DNA of 26,376 nt from Paraspadella gotoi (GCA_051294375.1 JBJCIZ010001130.1:1-26376), one strand, 5' to 3'; positions 1-12,349 are shown, counted from the first letter of the stretch. Notes: generated by a model from the sequence alone, not told the origin. Translations and numbers: made by a program.

Positions 1-747
1 GAAATAATTGAAAGGAAAGAAATAATTGAAAGGAAAGAAAGAATAAAAAAGAAAGAAAGAATAGAAAAGAAAGAAAGAATAGAAAGGAAAAAAGAATAGA
101 AAGGAAAGAAAAAAAATAAAAATAAAAAGTGACGAGAAAGAACGAAATAAAAACCCGATGTTGCGATAGCAAAATGATAACATCCAGACTCAATTTTAAG
201 CACATCGATGAAGAGAAGCTGTATATAAATTTTCAGCTTCATACACCCAAATTTAATCATAAAAAAGGCGATCTATAATTTGGAACGCCAACGACGAGGA
301 CGACAACGACGCCACTTATGAGCAAAACCAAAGCAATATCGTCGCNNNNNNNNNNNNNNNNNNNNNNNNNNNNNNNNNNNNNNNNNNNNNNNNNNNNNNN
401 NNNNNNNNNNNNNNNNNNNNNNNNNNNNNNNNNNNNNNNNNNNNNNNNNNNNNNNNNNNNNNNNNNNNNNNNNNNNNNNNNNNNNNNNNNNNNNNNNNNN
501 NNNNNNNNNNNNNNNNNNNNNNNNNNNNNNNNNNNNNNNNNNNNNNNNNNNNNNNNNNNNNNNNNNNNNNNNNNNNNNNNNNNNNNNNNNNNNNNNNNNN
601 NNNNCACTTAAAAATATAATATTTTCAATTTTTTATACATAAAAAATTATTGAAAAGCTCTATGCTCTTACTAACTTTTAAAAATGAATTTACTATGCGA
701 AAAATTTTATTACTTCCAAAAGTGTTCCGAATTTCCCCGCACTACCC
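1..747. mobile_element. Right-hand part of the TA-flanked MITE family also at 6381-7721 (noisy copy, interrupted by N gap 346-604)
   Basis: 1-345 matches ~7110-7452 and 605-753 matches 7582-7726, with many 1-bp indels. It ends in the TIR AGTGTTCCGAATTTCCCCGCACTACCC (721-747) followed by TA. Confidence 0.8.
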
Positions 748-778
748 TATTATNNNNNNNNNNNNNNNNNNNNNNNNN

Positions 779-1960
779 TCGATTTAATGGTGGTTAGTTT
801 GATAGTCGTTCGACGCCGCTTTTCGGAAACAAGTGAAAGAAGGGCCTATGGGAACTGTTCTGAAGAACCTATCGTAAATAAAGTAATGTGAAATGTGCCT
901 ATGGTCATATGTGTCTTTGCTCAATGGCATGGTGGAAAGCGAGACGTCTTTCATAGTTTAAAAGTTATATTTAATAGCCATTTGTTGAATCGCATAATGA
1001 AATGGGGTCGGTGGTTGCTTTCTTAATTGAATTAATTTGTGAATTTAATAATCAATTTCGGGAGTCTTACCACAGAAAGCAAAGGTCGAGCTCAAACTGG
1101 TCCTACGGTCTCAAATATGTCGGATGTGCGTGGATCGGGTCTGGACCTTTTTGAAGAACTGTCTGCGTTTCATTGGCCGACATCTCATCTACTCTCATCG
1201 TAATCCGTCGATCTTTATACCTTTTGTTAAAAGTGTTTAAAAAATATAAACAAATTTGGTACCGCGCTGTTAGTAATTGTCCTGTTAAATTTGTTTTATC
1301 TCCGCGTCGAGCGAAGTCGCGAAGTCATGTCTCTGCATTTTCGTCGAAGTTCGTCACGTGAGACCGTTCGCTTAGGTTGGTAAAGCGACCTATGAAGAGG
1401 ATGTGAGACGAAGAAGCTTGATATGAGTGAGGAAAAGGGATGGAAAAAGAGGAAAAAAAAGATAAAAAAGAGGAAAGGATAGCGCGATTAATAGACCTGT
1501 TTTTGTGCAGATTCGTCACGTGAGTGCAGGCGCGGCGAGTTTCGAACGGCCGGGACTCCGAGGGGCGCTGGATAGCGTCGTCGCTCGAAACGAGCTCTTG
1601 AGCGCTCGTCCGAGAATGATTGCCGGAAAGGAGAAGGAAGAGCCGCGGCCCCGTAGATGAAGACGTCGACGAACCGATCAGTGCCAATAGACGATCGTAT
1701 CTGCGATAAGAATGGGAGGAGGAAAAAGTAACATGGCTGCGAAGTTTTTTCTTCCATCATTTTCATAGAAAAGTGGAAGATTGATTTATCGCCGTAATGC
1801 TGATGCCCGCTGCGCCTCCCGTTCGTACCGTCCGGCCCGTCCGCTGGTCCCATCAACGCCGAGTAAGCGCCGGCTTGACGAGCTTCACGGCCGCGCCAGT
1901 TCATTGGAAGCCGTCATCGTTCGTCGGTTGTCGACGACAGGAGTGTCACTTTCTACAATA
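779..1960 (-). pseudogene. Possible degenerate spliced gene or lncRNA, product unknown
   Basis: GC/CpG-rich blocks bounded by minus-strand splice-like sites. Candidate exons: 1497-1700 (CTTATCGCAG| ... CAG|GTCTAT, open 68 codons), 1071-1220 (AACAAAAG| ... GTG|GTAAGA) and one starting at 868 (TTTACGATAG|). No continuous frame survives joining and I recognise no domain. Confidence 0.3.
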
Positions 1961-4900
1961 TAAACTACATTTCGTTGAACTTCATGGGCAATTAAATGAT
2001 AGACAAAGAGATCTCGACTCTATAATTCCACTTGTGTCGTCTCGCCCCTCAATATTGTCGGCAACCAGATATAATTCAGATATATCGAATTAGATAAATT
2101 TGCCTAATTAATTAATTAGTTAACTTTATAATCAATTAATTCATTATATTAATAAATTAACCGATAATGATCGGGGCAGATTCTGACATTGGGTTGCTCA
2201 AACTTGTTTTAGTTATAACTTTTAAATATTTTTGCTGTCGTTTCTTTTTTGATTTTATCGAATTTTTTCTGTTTTGCTTATTAATTTGGTTGAGTTTGTT
2301 ATCTTGTTGATTTGTTGATAGGTAAAGACGTATAGATGAATCCGCACTTCAAACAACACCCAGTATAATTAACATTATGGAATATGCAATACATATAGAT
2401 CTTATAGCCAGGGCTGTCATGAAATGACATAAATTTGAGTTTAAAAAACTTCTGAAAAAAAAAAAAGACCATGACAATTCTTCTTAATAAGCTGGCCATC
2501 GCTTCATTTAAATATGAGCAATCACTAGGCCACGTCTTGGCGCATGCAACATTCACAATGATCCAATAGGCGTTAACATCGCTCTATTGCATTGAGAATT
2601 GTAAGATACTACAGGCTAAAACCATATCAAATAAAATTACAAAAAATCATTATTTGATTTAAAATAGTTGTAAAATTAAACTAACCTATAATTACAATAA
2701 ATCTTTTGGCATTACACTAGAATTGGTTAAGTAGTAAGCTACCCGACTTAATAACAGATGTAACAATCTGCAAGAAATTGTATCAGATCCAGCTGATGTG
2801 GTACAAAAGCTTCTGATCCTAAATCTAAGTGCTTCCATATGCAATGTCAAACCTTTTCTATAGCTAAAATACACAAATAAGATCAAAAATTTTGCGCAGC
2901 GTTGACGCCGATTTGTCCAAGCGGATCATAATTATAAATAATTTTTTGTCAAAATCTAATACATATAAAAATCCAATGCGATCCAATTCAAGAAAAACTC
3001 CAATTCAATTAGAAATCTACTACTTTGAACTAAACAATCAATGGCCTAATAAACCATCAAATGTTAATACTTAGATTCTGGGTATGTTATACGCACATAG
3101 AAACTTATGTTTTAAAGGACCTAGATAAACATAAGCACAAAGTCTTGATAGAGTGTACACCAGAATAAAAAAAAGCATCAATAACAACATCAGAAAATGG
3201 TTTTTGATCTATAAATACTGGTTAATATGCTTTGAGTTAAAAGTTGTACTGTCCAATGTTTTTGGAAAAAGGAATAACCAAATTAGAAAATACTTTTGTT
3301 TTCAATACCAGTACTTTTTCAGTTCTAATGGTTGAAAAACTTCATCATATGAAATTTTTTGTATTCCATAAATTTCAAACAGCAAAGGCCCGGATTATTT
3401 CAAACAAACACAATGCTTATCGACTGTGTTTAAGGTAATGCATCTTTGTGTCCAAACAATTTACAAAACAAATCATTACGGTACATAAAAACGGGCCATT
3501 TTTTTTAAAAACTTACATTGTAACAAGGAATCAACTAAATATACAGTTTTGATAATTTTTATTTATTTTTCCATATTCTGTCCAATAATATTAAAAGAAG
3601 CCTCAAGGTTCTTCACCTACCATAGGAATGAATAATGTATCACAATTTCGTTCCCAGGAATACGAGTAATTTTGAAAACTTTTCAACATTAAATGTGTGC
3701 ACATTGAAATTGGAGTAAAGAGCAAGTGACTTTTAATTTTAAATAAAATAATCCAAATTATTTAATAATCGATACAGGCATTAGTGTAGAAATCTTTCAC
3801 TAAACAACAGAAATAAACTTGAACAATCTTTAACAAAAAGATCTAACCTCAAACTGTAAACCCATAGTATTGCTAAATATAATTCGACACTTTTTAAAAA
3901 AAAGAAATCCATCTTTCAAAAATTTAATTCTTGTACACATTATTCTAGCAAAACAAACATTATGGTCCTGTAATTTCTAGTTTCATATCTATACTAGTAA
4001 TAATATTTTTGAAAAACACACAATTTATTTTTAAAAAAGTATTTAATCTGTAATTACATTAACACCACTCTTTCAAAGAGAATAATAAACAATTTTCTGA
4101 CATGCTTTTCGAAATCTGGGCTATCCTATTTTAAAAAAATTTTTTAGAAATCTTCATTATAAAACTTCAAACACTGCTTAGCATCATTATAAAGAATAAA
4201 TTAAAAAATGACCAACAGTTATCATATCTTGAAACAATTATAGCTCGCCATAAAATGAAAAGAGATTTCCTATTGAAAAATTTTAACAATTTAAATTTAA
4301 ATCAAGTTGAACTTTCCTCATTGCTTACTGTAAACATAATCCATTATGTTGTAACAAATTCCTTCCTATCGAAATTAATAGATTCGAAGGAATTTCACAA
4401 AACTCTGTGATAAACATGCATTTTTATTTTTGCAATGATCACAATATATTTAAAAGTGGTGTATCAAAAAATTGATTTTGAATCATTTGTAAAGAAAAAG
4501 AACTGCTTGCTGGTATGGTAATGAAAGTTCAGTATTTCCTTGTTTCATTTTATATTCAGCAAAGAATTGCATCTAATAGTTTGCTTTAATTTTAATCGTT
4601 ACTAAAATCATAAATTTAGTAAAAGGTTCTAAAGTATATTGTAAACTGTTTTAGTTGGTCGTTATACAACTTCTTTTAAAAAAAACATCATGAAGTTTTT
4701 TTTACTTTATCATTTTTAATAAATTATATCTAAACCAATAATCTATTGGTAATGACCTTCAAGAATCATTTCATAAATAACCGAATGAAATAAAGAATCA
4801 CTACACTACTTGAATTTATTATAAATTCATAAATTATCAGAGTTTAAGTGAAAATGAATTACTTGATAAATTAAAAAGAGCCCATAGAGCTACACTGTTG

Positions 4901-6380
4901 ACCTAAGATTTTCATACAAAAACATAAGGGGACCGAGTTCCTTAAATGAAGAAACGTATCATCCTGGACAAAATTATCTTTATATTGCTCCACTTAATGA
5001 ATTTAACCTTTCTTTTTTCTTGTTAAATACTTAGGGGCATTTAATTCTGCAATCAATAAGAATGCTTACGCTTTTTAGCCACTATTTTAATCAATGAATA
5101 GGTAATAAAATTTCAAGTTAAAATAATAAACAATGATGATTATAGTTTCTGTTGAAGTTTAATCACTGAATCTAATCTTTTTTTTCCCTCTAAAAGGTCT
5201 TTAAATAATTATTCATTTCACTGACATTGTTGGTAAAATCAGCAAAGCTACTGATCGCAACTATCAAGTTTAGTTTCCCAATTTACCTTTTGCAAATTTT
5301 AATCATATCAAGATTCTAATGACAAAGTATGTATTAATATTGCAGTAAAAATTCAGTATGGATGGCAGCTTGTCCAATATCAATGATAATAAGTAAGAAA
5401 TTCTGGAATTTAAGTTCATTAACTGGTTCCTCCACATCTTTTGTTCTGTTTCCTTCTATTTTGTTTTTTTAAAAGTAATATATCTTTTTTAAAGGCGAAT
5501 CTCATACGCGACCGAGTGGCACCCGACAACATCAGACGTTAATTGAGTCCAGAAATATTGGACATTCCTCAACAGAATGACCGCTCGGTTCATAGCCATT
5601 GTCCGGTGAAAAGAGTCACATTCTAGTAGTTTGGATGAAAGGCAAAATTGGGGACTGGTTTAAATGACGGTTCCGCCGAAAGAGCTCCCAAAAGGTTAAA
5701 TGCTTCATTAAAAACACTAATAATAGATAATAAGATAAGATAATATTATATTTATATTACATACTATATATTTATAATCGGTATATTCCTGGTTACATTT
5801 CTTCGTCTTTATAATCTCATTCTTTTCTTGAGAAACGGAGCAAAGTAAAGCGCCGATCTCAAATCCTCTGGGACGTCGAGTCTTCTCCTTGCCTTACAGC
5901 TACTATCATACACCGCCACGAGAGCCCAATACAATGATAAAAGAAATATGTAAATAAGTGCCGGAATGACTTAGGATCACAGCAGAAAAAATAAACATGA
6001 AAAATAATAAAAGAATCTATAAAAAATGTTGATTCATAAGCGTGGTTAGCCATGGCCATGGCTTTCGGAATGGTTTTTGCAGCAATGTGCGTTTTGGGCC
6101 TCAAATAATAAATAATAATCATAAATTGTAGATTTTATTGATACCGGATCCGAATATTCTGATGACTAATGATTCTGATGACCTAAATTAACAAAATCTA
6201 CTATGAAAATTATTAACTATTAAAAATTTTATTTAATAAATGACTTACTAAACTAATAGTTTTTTACTTTAACTGAAAAATACAAGCAAATTTATGGAAC
6301 GCCATAAAACCAGTCCACTTTGGGTCAATGCCGCGGTCGCCGCCAGGGCCCTGGCGTTATTGAACTAGAACTTTAGTTTA

Positions 6381-7721
6381 GGGTAGTGCGGGGTAATTCG
6401 GAACACTGACATAAAATAAAAATTTAAAAAAAAATGTGTTTAAGTATTTATATTTTTTTTTGGTTCATTTAATTTCAGCAACTTGACTTTCCATTATTAA
6501 AAGTTATAGCATTTGGTGCTTCTGCAGCAGCACACTTCAGAGCTGCTAGTCAAATTTGTCTGAGTAGTCGTTTTCAAGCCTCTGTCAAGTCATACTTTGA
6601 CGTAACATGAAGATATGGAACATTTAAATATCTAGAATAGACGAAGACTACTAAGTTTTAAGTTATTGTATAGATTAATTTCGAAAAAATAAATCATTAT
6701 TTTACATAGCAACAATTAAATTGGGTAAAACGAACACCTGTAAACTATCAAAAGATGAATGGAGAATAAAAAAAAATCTAAAAGCATAGGATCGTCGCAC
6801 GCATAAGAAAAAGTCTGGATAACAAATTTTGATAAAAAAAATCATTAAAAAATAAATTAATTTATAAACAGAAAGAAAAATAAGAAAAGAATAAATATAA
6901 ATAAAGAAAGAAAAGGAAAGAAAGACTAGAAAGGAAACAAAAGAATATAAAGGAAGAATAAAAAGAAAAGAGCGAAATAAAAGGAAAAAAAACAAATAGA
7001 AAGGAAAGAGGAATGAAAGAAAAAGCGTGAAAAAAGAATAGAAAGGAAAGAAAGAATAGAAAGAAAGAAAAATAGAAAAAGAAAATAGAAAGGAAAGAAA
7101 AATGAAAGGAAAGAAAATTGAGAAAGAAATAATGAAAGGAAAGAAAGAATAAAAGAAAGAAAGAATAGAAAGAAAAGAAAGAATAGAAAGGAAAGAAAGA
7201 ATAGAAAGGAAAGAAAGAAAAATAAAAATAAAAGTGACGAGAAAGAACGAAATAAAAACCCGATGTTGCGATAAGCAAAATGATAAATCCAGACTCAATT
7301 TTAAGCACGATCGATGAAGAGAAGCTGTATATAATTTTCAGCTTCAATACACCCAAATTTAATCATAAAAAAGGCGATCATAATTTGGAACGCCACGACG
7401 AGTCACGACAACAGACGCCACTTATAAGCAAAACCAAAGCAATTATCGTCGCAAACGCAAAGCGATTGCGACGATAATTAGTCAAAAAATACTATAAATA
7501 ACAAAATATATACAAATTTTGTATCTATTGTCATTCAATAATTTATCAAAACTGAGAACATGATGTAAAAATCATTTTAAGCACTTAAAATATAATATTT
7601 TCAATTTTTTATACATAAAAAATTATTGAAAAGCTCTATGCTCTTACTAAACTTTAAAAATAATTTACTATGCGAAAAATTTTTTACTTCCAAAAGTGTT
7701 CCGAATTTCCCCGCACTACAC
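6381..7721. mobile_element. Non-autonomous DNA transposon (MITE), 27-bp TIRs, TA TSD; Tc1/mariner-pogo-like
   Basis: Left TIR GGGTAGTGCGGGGTAATTCGGAACACT (6381-6407); right TIR AGTGTTCCGAATTTCCCCGCACTACAC (7695-7721), 2 mismatches. TA at 6379-6380 and 7722-7723. No transposase ORF. Confidence 0.85.
6870..7240. repeat. A/G-rich low-complexity tract (GAAAGAAAGAATAGAAAG-like units) inside the MITE
   Basis: The plus strand is strongly purine-rich with imperfect ~18-bp units around 7155-7215. It explains the F/S/L-rich minus-strand ORFs. Confidence 0.9.
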
Positions 7722-8126
7722 TATTAATCCCGGTCGAAGGCGAAGGAGGCGTCGCTGAGATCAGGTCCGTTTCCTGTTCTCTGATAAAAGTAAAAAAGTT
7801 TGATCTGTATTTTAGAAACAAACAGTTATACAATAGATCATTCCAGATTAATCAACATTATAGAAAGTTCTTGATTATCGCAAGTTCTCTATTCCAAATT
7901 TACTGGAACATAGCACAAATTTTTTTCGAATGCTCTTTATGGACTTTCCCGCACTTTTGGCGCAAACGCACTTCCGGTTGAAAATAGATACAGAATTTTT
8001 TGAAAGAAACTAAAGCAGTTATTCAGACTAGCACACTTAGTAAATTAATCAAAATATGTTTACTTATAACCCTAATACTTAATTTATTTTGTGTTTTGGT
8101 TCAATAATGGTTTTTTTATTAAATAA

Positions 8127-8300
8127 CCGGAGCAAGTCATCGTACCTGCCAACCCAAAGGTCCGGGTTCTAGCCCGGTGGTCGCTTAGCAGTTCAGAGGG
8201 AAAAGGGGAGCTTAACCCGCCTGTAACATGGTCCGAAGCTCAGGGACTGCCTACAATGAACGGTTCTGTCATTAACACTTATCAATATTACTGGTCTCTC
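8127..8300 (+). mobile_element. tRNA-like structured dispersed repeat (candidate tRNA-derived SINE), 5'-truncated copy
   Basis: Homologous to the reverse complement of 19852-20051. T-arm/B-box-like CCGGGTTCTAGCCCGG (8162-8177) is followed by TGGTCGC (8178-8184). Confidence 0.55.
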
Positions 8301-9735
8301 ACAACGAATTTTAGTTATTAAAAACGGACATGTTTTGGCTTTAATACAAGCTTAAAGAGTCTGTATTAAATAAGAGGAAAAGCATATCATTTTAGACAGC
8401 AATAAGCGATAAAATGACACTGTATCTACCGATAGCCAAGGTAACGTGAATATGACTAAACAAGGTTTTTTCAAGTGTAGAAAAAAACTTGGTTTGGGGA
8501 AGAACCAACTACTTTTCTAAAGTAGGATAATTTTGGGAGCCCTATTATACAAATCACAGCTGCACCAAAGTTGGATTTATAGTTTTAAAAACTAACTGAT
8601 ATTTTAAGTTAATGACGAAAAAATAAGAAAAGAATGAAAGATCGTGTTACGTTCTCTGAGATACTAAAGGACATTTAAGCTGATTTTAATGCCAGCTTAA
8701 GTATTGAAATTGCTGCTTCTATTACTGCAGGCTAACTGGAAAAATTAAAGCTATCCATATGAGACAAAATGGCTGAATGAAATATCTGCACTTGGTCGAA
8801 TTTCTAAACAAAGTTACGTTCAGAATGAAAAAGGTAACAAACTAGAAAAACCGAAATTTCAAAAATCTAACAGGATTTTTAAAAATTTTTAAAAGCGTTA
8901 CGCAATTTGCGATCGTTATTTCGATAAATTGAATATGAAATTATGCATAGGACAAAAAACCAAAAGTAATACAGACATCAGTAATGATTTGATGTCTACT
9001 CTACGCTATAAATGATTTCCTATACACGGTTAATTCAGTGAGGATTTTATCTTTTTAGCAAAACTCGAGACTATAATAATCTAATTAAAAATACTAAAAA
9101 GCACATTATTTACTATAACAAAAGTTTAAAAATCTTAAAGCAACAAAAGATCATTTTACAATTTTTTTAAACTTTTTAACTTGAGAAAAATAAATTAGCA
9201 AACAATGATTCTTAAACAAATGAAATAATATCAATAATACTGCAGCATATCACTTATGTTTTTCAATATGATTACACACGAGAAAAATCATGGATACATA
9301 ATGTGGCAATCTTTTACAAATATCAATACGATGCACAAACTTCAAAATCAACTTATCATATAAAACAGTGAAAATAGGGATTTCACCTGACATTTCGTAT
9401 AGACTGAAAACGTATTTGTGTACAGCAAGCAAATCCACAAAGGCAAGCTTGGAGCAAACTTTAAGTTCAGTCAGTAATTATGAAACCAAAAACAAGAACA
9501 AGAACAATAAATGATTATATTTGCTAACACCAGAATTTGTGTGAAAAGATTTCAAAATAATTCAATGGCGAACACAAATACGTGAGACATTACCAGCCTT
9601 TAGATATAATTCTGGTTAATACTTTTCTACAGAAAAACCGCGCTTGCCTTAACTCTTAGCAATTACAAAAAATTCATTGGTAATGGTAGGAAGAATCTCG
9701 TACTTTGGCAAGGTTTCGCAATTATCATCCAACAG

Positions 9736-9886
9736 TTAATTGCCGTTTGGGCAATTGGCGGCCCTGTGTCCACCCTGCCGACACTTCCAGCAAGCCATCG
9801 CTCCACCGGGCACATGAGAGCGGTATGGGTGAGAACGAATATTTTGAGAGTTCTGCCCAATTACAAATGCGCTTCCCGAGTAAGGG
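9736..9886 (-). CDS. Terminal coding exon with CCHC zinc knuckle (CWKCRQGGHRAANC)
   Basis: Exact C-X2-C-X4-H-X4-C spacing just before a TAA stop. Poly-T-AG acceptor at 9888-9887, phase 2. Confidence 0.6.
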
Positions 9887-10455
9887 CTAAAAAAAAAACA
9901 CAAAATTAATAAGTGGTAATTTTTTATTTTCCGTAGAGACATCCCCAATAGGCAAATTTAAATCCGATTTCTTTTTAATTAGTTTACAAAGTAAAAAGTT
10001 TTTATTTTTAACGTTTATTTTATTTATTTATGCAGTCAAGTAGCAGATCAAACAGGATTTTTTTTTAATGTTGCTCGTATTTTATATGAAAGATTAATAT
10101 AATATTCATTGTAGCATAGTTTAGAACATTCAAGCGATATTATTTGTTTAGTCAATGACTAAAGATTTCTATAATAAAAATTTTATGGCGGGCAAGCGGC
10201 CCCGGGCGGAAGACCCTCCTTGGCCATAGTCGGAACGGAAACCAGATAAGGAGAAAAGAATACGGTCCGCGCCGCCATTGCCACAGCCAAAACGACAATA
10301 CTTGGTCAAGATAAGAAGTTCAGGTGACACAGAATGAAGAAATGGTTTTGAAGCTGGGGTAATAACAAAATCGCATTTAAAAAAAAATTCAACGCCTACG
10401 GGCCCTACGGTTTTGACGTTAAAATCGTTCAATAAAAATATTCGGCGGGAGACAG

Positions 10456-10500
10456 AGAAAGCAGTTACATTAACAGAAACAGAAAGCAGTTACATTAACA
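10456..10500. repeat. 20-bp direct duplication AGAAAGCAGTTACATTAACA
   Basis: Identical copies at 10456-10475 and 10481-10500. Confidence 0.9.
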
Positions 10501-10612
10501 TTGGAATAAAACCGTGCATCGTTATTAATGTTACTTAAATTCTTCACCGAATAAAAAGTGGGTTATTACAAAAATCTTTGGTAAACTTTTTTCAGTAGTA
10601 AATTATTACCCA

Positions 10613-10631
10613 GTTCCGAATTACCCCGCAC
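10613..10631. mobile_element. Solo TIR remnant of the 6381-7721 MITE family
   Basis: GTTCCGAATTACCCCGCAC is the exact reverse complement of 6386-6404. Confidence 0.7.
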
Positions 10632-11185
10632 GAACCAAAATATATTAAATTACATATGAATTGAAAGAGAATTAAATTTCGAATCGAATGCTGACTTGAG
10701 GATGTTCCTACGATAAATTGTTGCAGAGAAAAATGAAAAAACGATAATTTAGTAGTCATTTGTCATGCTTGATAAACTTACGAGAAAAGAACTCCGTTAA
10801 TCAGGAATCCCGAGGGTCCTCCATTTTGTCGTGACATGCTAAATGAGAGAGAAAGAGAAATTAATTGTGAACCATATTAAAGTACACAATAAATATTTAA
10901 AGTGAAAACCTTCATAACGTAGATAAAGAATCTATAAAACAATTGTTATATGTAGAAAAGGCTTACAGTACATGTCAAAAAACCTTAAGTTGTCAGTGCT
11001 AAAATAAATAAAATGCAAAATTTTACATTTTTTAGCATAACTTTTGCAAATATAAAGCAATCAGTTCGAAAATTAATGGGTCATCCTAAGATGAGTAGTT
11101 GCAGCTATTAAGACAACAAAAATGGATTGAAGATACATCATGTAGCTAAAATTAACAATCCCCATCTTACCCAGTCTTCCCCTAC

Positions 11186-11248
11186 CTGTACTGATAGTTG
11201 CGATGACTTTGACGATAATCGAATGTTGGACGGGGTCCTTCAGGGATG
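11186..11248 (-). CDS. Partial coding exon (IPEGPRPTFDYRQSHRNYQY), probably upstream of the zinc-knuckle exon; 5' part lost in the gap
   Basis: The CAG|GTAGGG donor is phase 2 and matches the phase-2 acceptor of 9736-9886 (joined codon AG+C = Ser). Predicted intron 9887-11185. Confidence 0.45.
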
Positions 11249-12137
11249 NNNNNNNNNNNNNNNNNNNNNNNNNNNNNNNNNNNNNNNNNNNNNNNNNNNN
11301 NNNNNNNNNNNNNNNNNNNNNNNNNNNNNNNNNNNNNNNNNNNNNNNNNNNNNNNNNNNNNNNNNNNNNNNNNNNNNNNNNNNNNNNNNNNNNNNNNNNN
11401 NNNNNNNNNNNNNNNNNNNNNNNNNNNNNNNNNNNNNNNNNNNNNNNNNNNNNNNNNNNNNNNNNNNNNNNNNNNNNNNNNNNNNNNNNNNNNNNNNNNN
11501 NNNNNNNNNNNNNNNNNNNNNNNNNNNNNNNNNNNNNNNNNNNNNNNNNNNNNNNNNNNNNNNNNNNNNNNNNNNNNNNNNNNNNNNNNNNNNNNNNNNN
11601 NNNNNNNNNNNNNNNNNNNNNNNNNNNNNNNNNNNNNNNTCATATGTTAATAATTTTTCGTTTAATCATTTTCACTGCATTTAATGATTCATCATATCAG
11701 GAAGCTCCCATATTTGACTTTTGTCCGCCGTGTCCGGCAGGGTTAGTTATAACCAAATGACTTTTGAAAATAAAATTTTTTTTACAAAAATTCGATACAA
11801 CTAATTTATTTTGTACAATATTCTTTTAAAATAATTTTTAATTTAAAAAACAAGAAAAACCTTAGTTCTTAACTAGGACAATTATAACTCAGAGAAAAAA
11901 AAAAGAAGCAAAAAAATATAAAAGAAGAAAGAAACATAATTGAAAACCAATTATCATATAACGCTGCGACGACTCTGTTCGAAGTGCTGCTGCGCGGCGG
12001 ACGTGTCACTATTTTTTCGGGCTCAATGTGAATCAGTTAGCTTTCGCTATTTTTAAGCGCTTTTTTCGATTATTATCGGGACTTTCCATTCGATTATTAC
12101 TACTTTTTCATATCGAACTTTAATTCTCACGCTCGTA

Positions 12138-12349
12138 ATGTCCGTTCACACGACGACGCAAGAAATCGCGCGACACAATCTCGAGAGAGATCACGCGATC
12201 GCAGTTCGACGAAATCTTCTGCTTCGACCAAGGGTTTGAGGGATCCTGAGTTGCTCATGGGCGCGACTGTGTCGCGAGATGCCTCGCGCCCCGGTTACGG
12301 TGCTCCTCCGCCACCCCCTCCTCCGCCTCGGGCGCTGTCTCCCGTTAAA
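12138..12349 (+). pseudogene. Frameshifted R/S-rich and poly-Pro ORF relic behind an initiator-like TCAGTT
   Basis: ATG at 12138. A shifted frame reads RSHDDARNRATQSRERSRDRSS and another reads GYGAPPPPPPPPRALSPVK. CpG-rich, with TCAGTT at 12033. Confidence 0.3.

Noticed and set aside
257-611. ORFs spanning N runs (also 11127-11760)
   Set aside because: Open only because N codons contain no stops.
2100-6130. Degenerate coding or transposase relic in the AT-rich stretch
   Set aside because: Only short, stop-riddled frames; I recognise no motif. A translated search would be needed.
6165-6190. Two TTCTGATGAC copies as hammerhead or C/D boxes
   Set aside because: No stem II/GAAA or terminal stem; a short local duplication.
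6341-6368. Helitron 3' end (16-bp palindrome CGCCAGGGCCCTGGCG, then CTAG)
   Set aside because: CTAG is followed by A rather than the expected T, no 5' TC end or Rep/helicase relic was found, and the GC patch may be a decayed exon.
6702-7356. Long hydrophobic ORFs (198 aa, 164 aa) resembling membrane proteins
   Set aside because: They are translations of the complement of an A/G low-complexity tract inside a MITE.
8150-8230. Circularly permuted twister ribozyme (CCGG..AGCCCGG, GAGGG, TAACCCGCC)
   Set aside because: The loop lacks the conserved U and AA positions and no P2 partner precedes GAGG; a tRNA T-arm explains the hairpin better.
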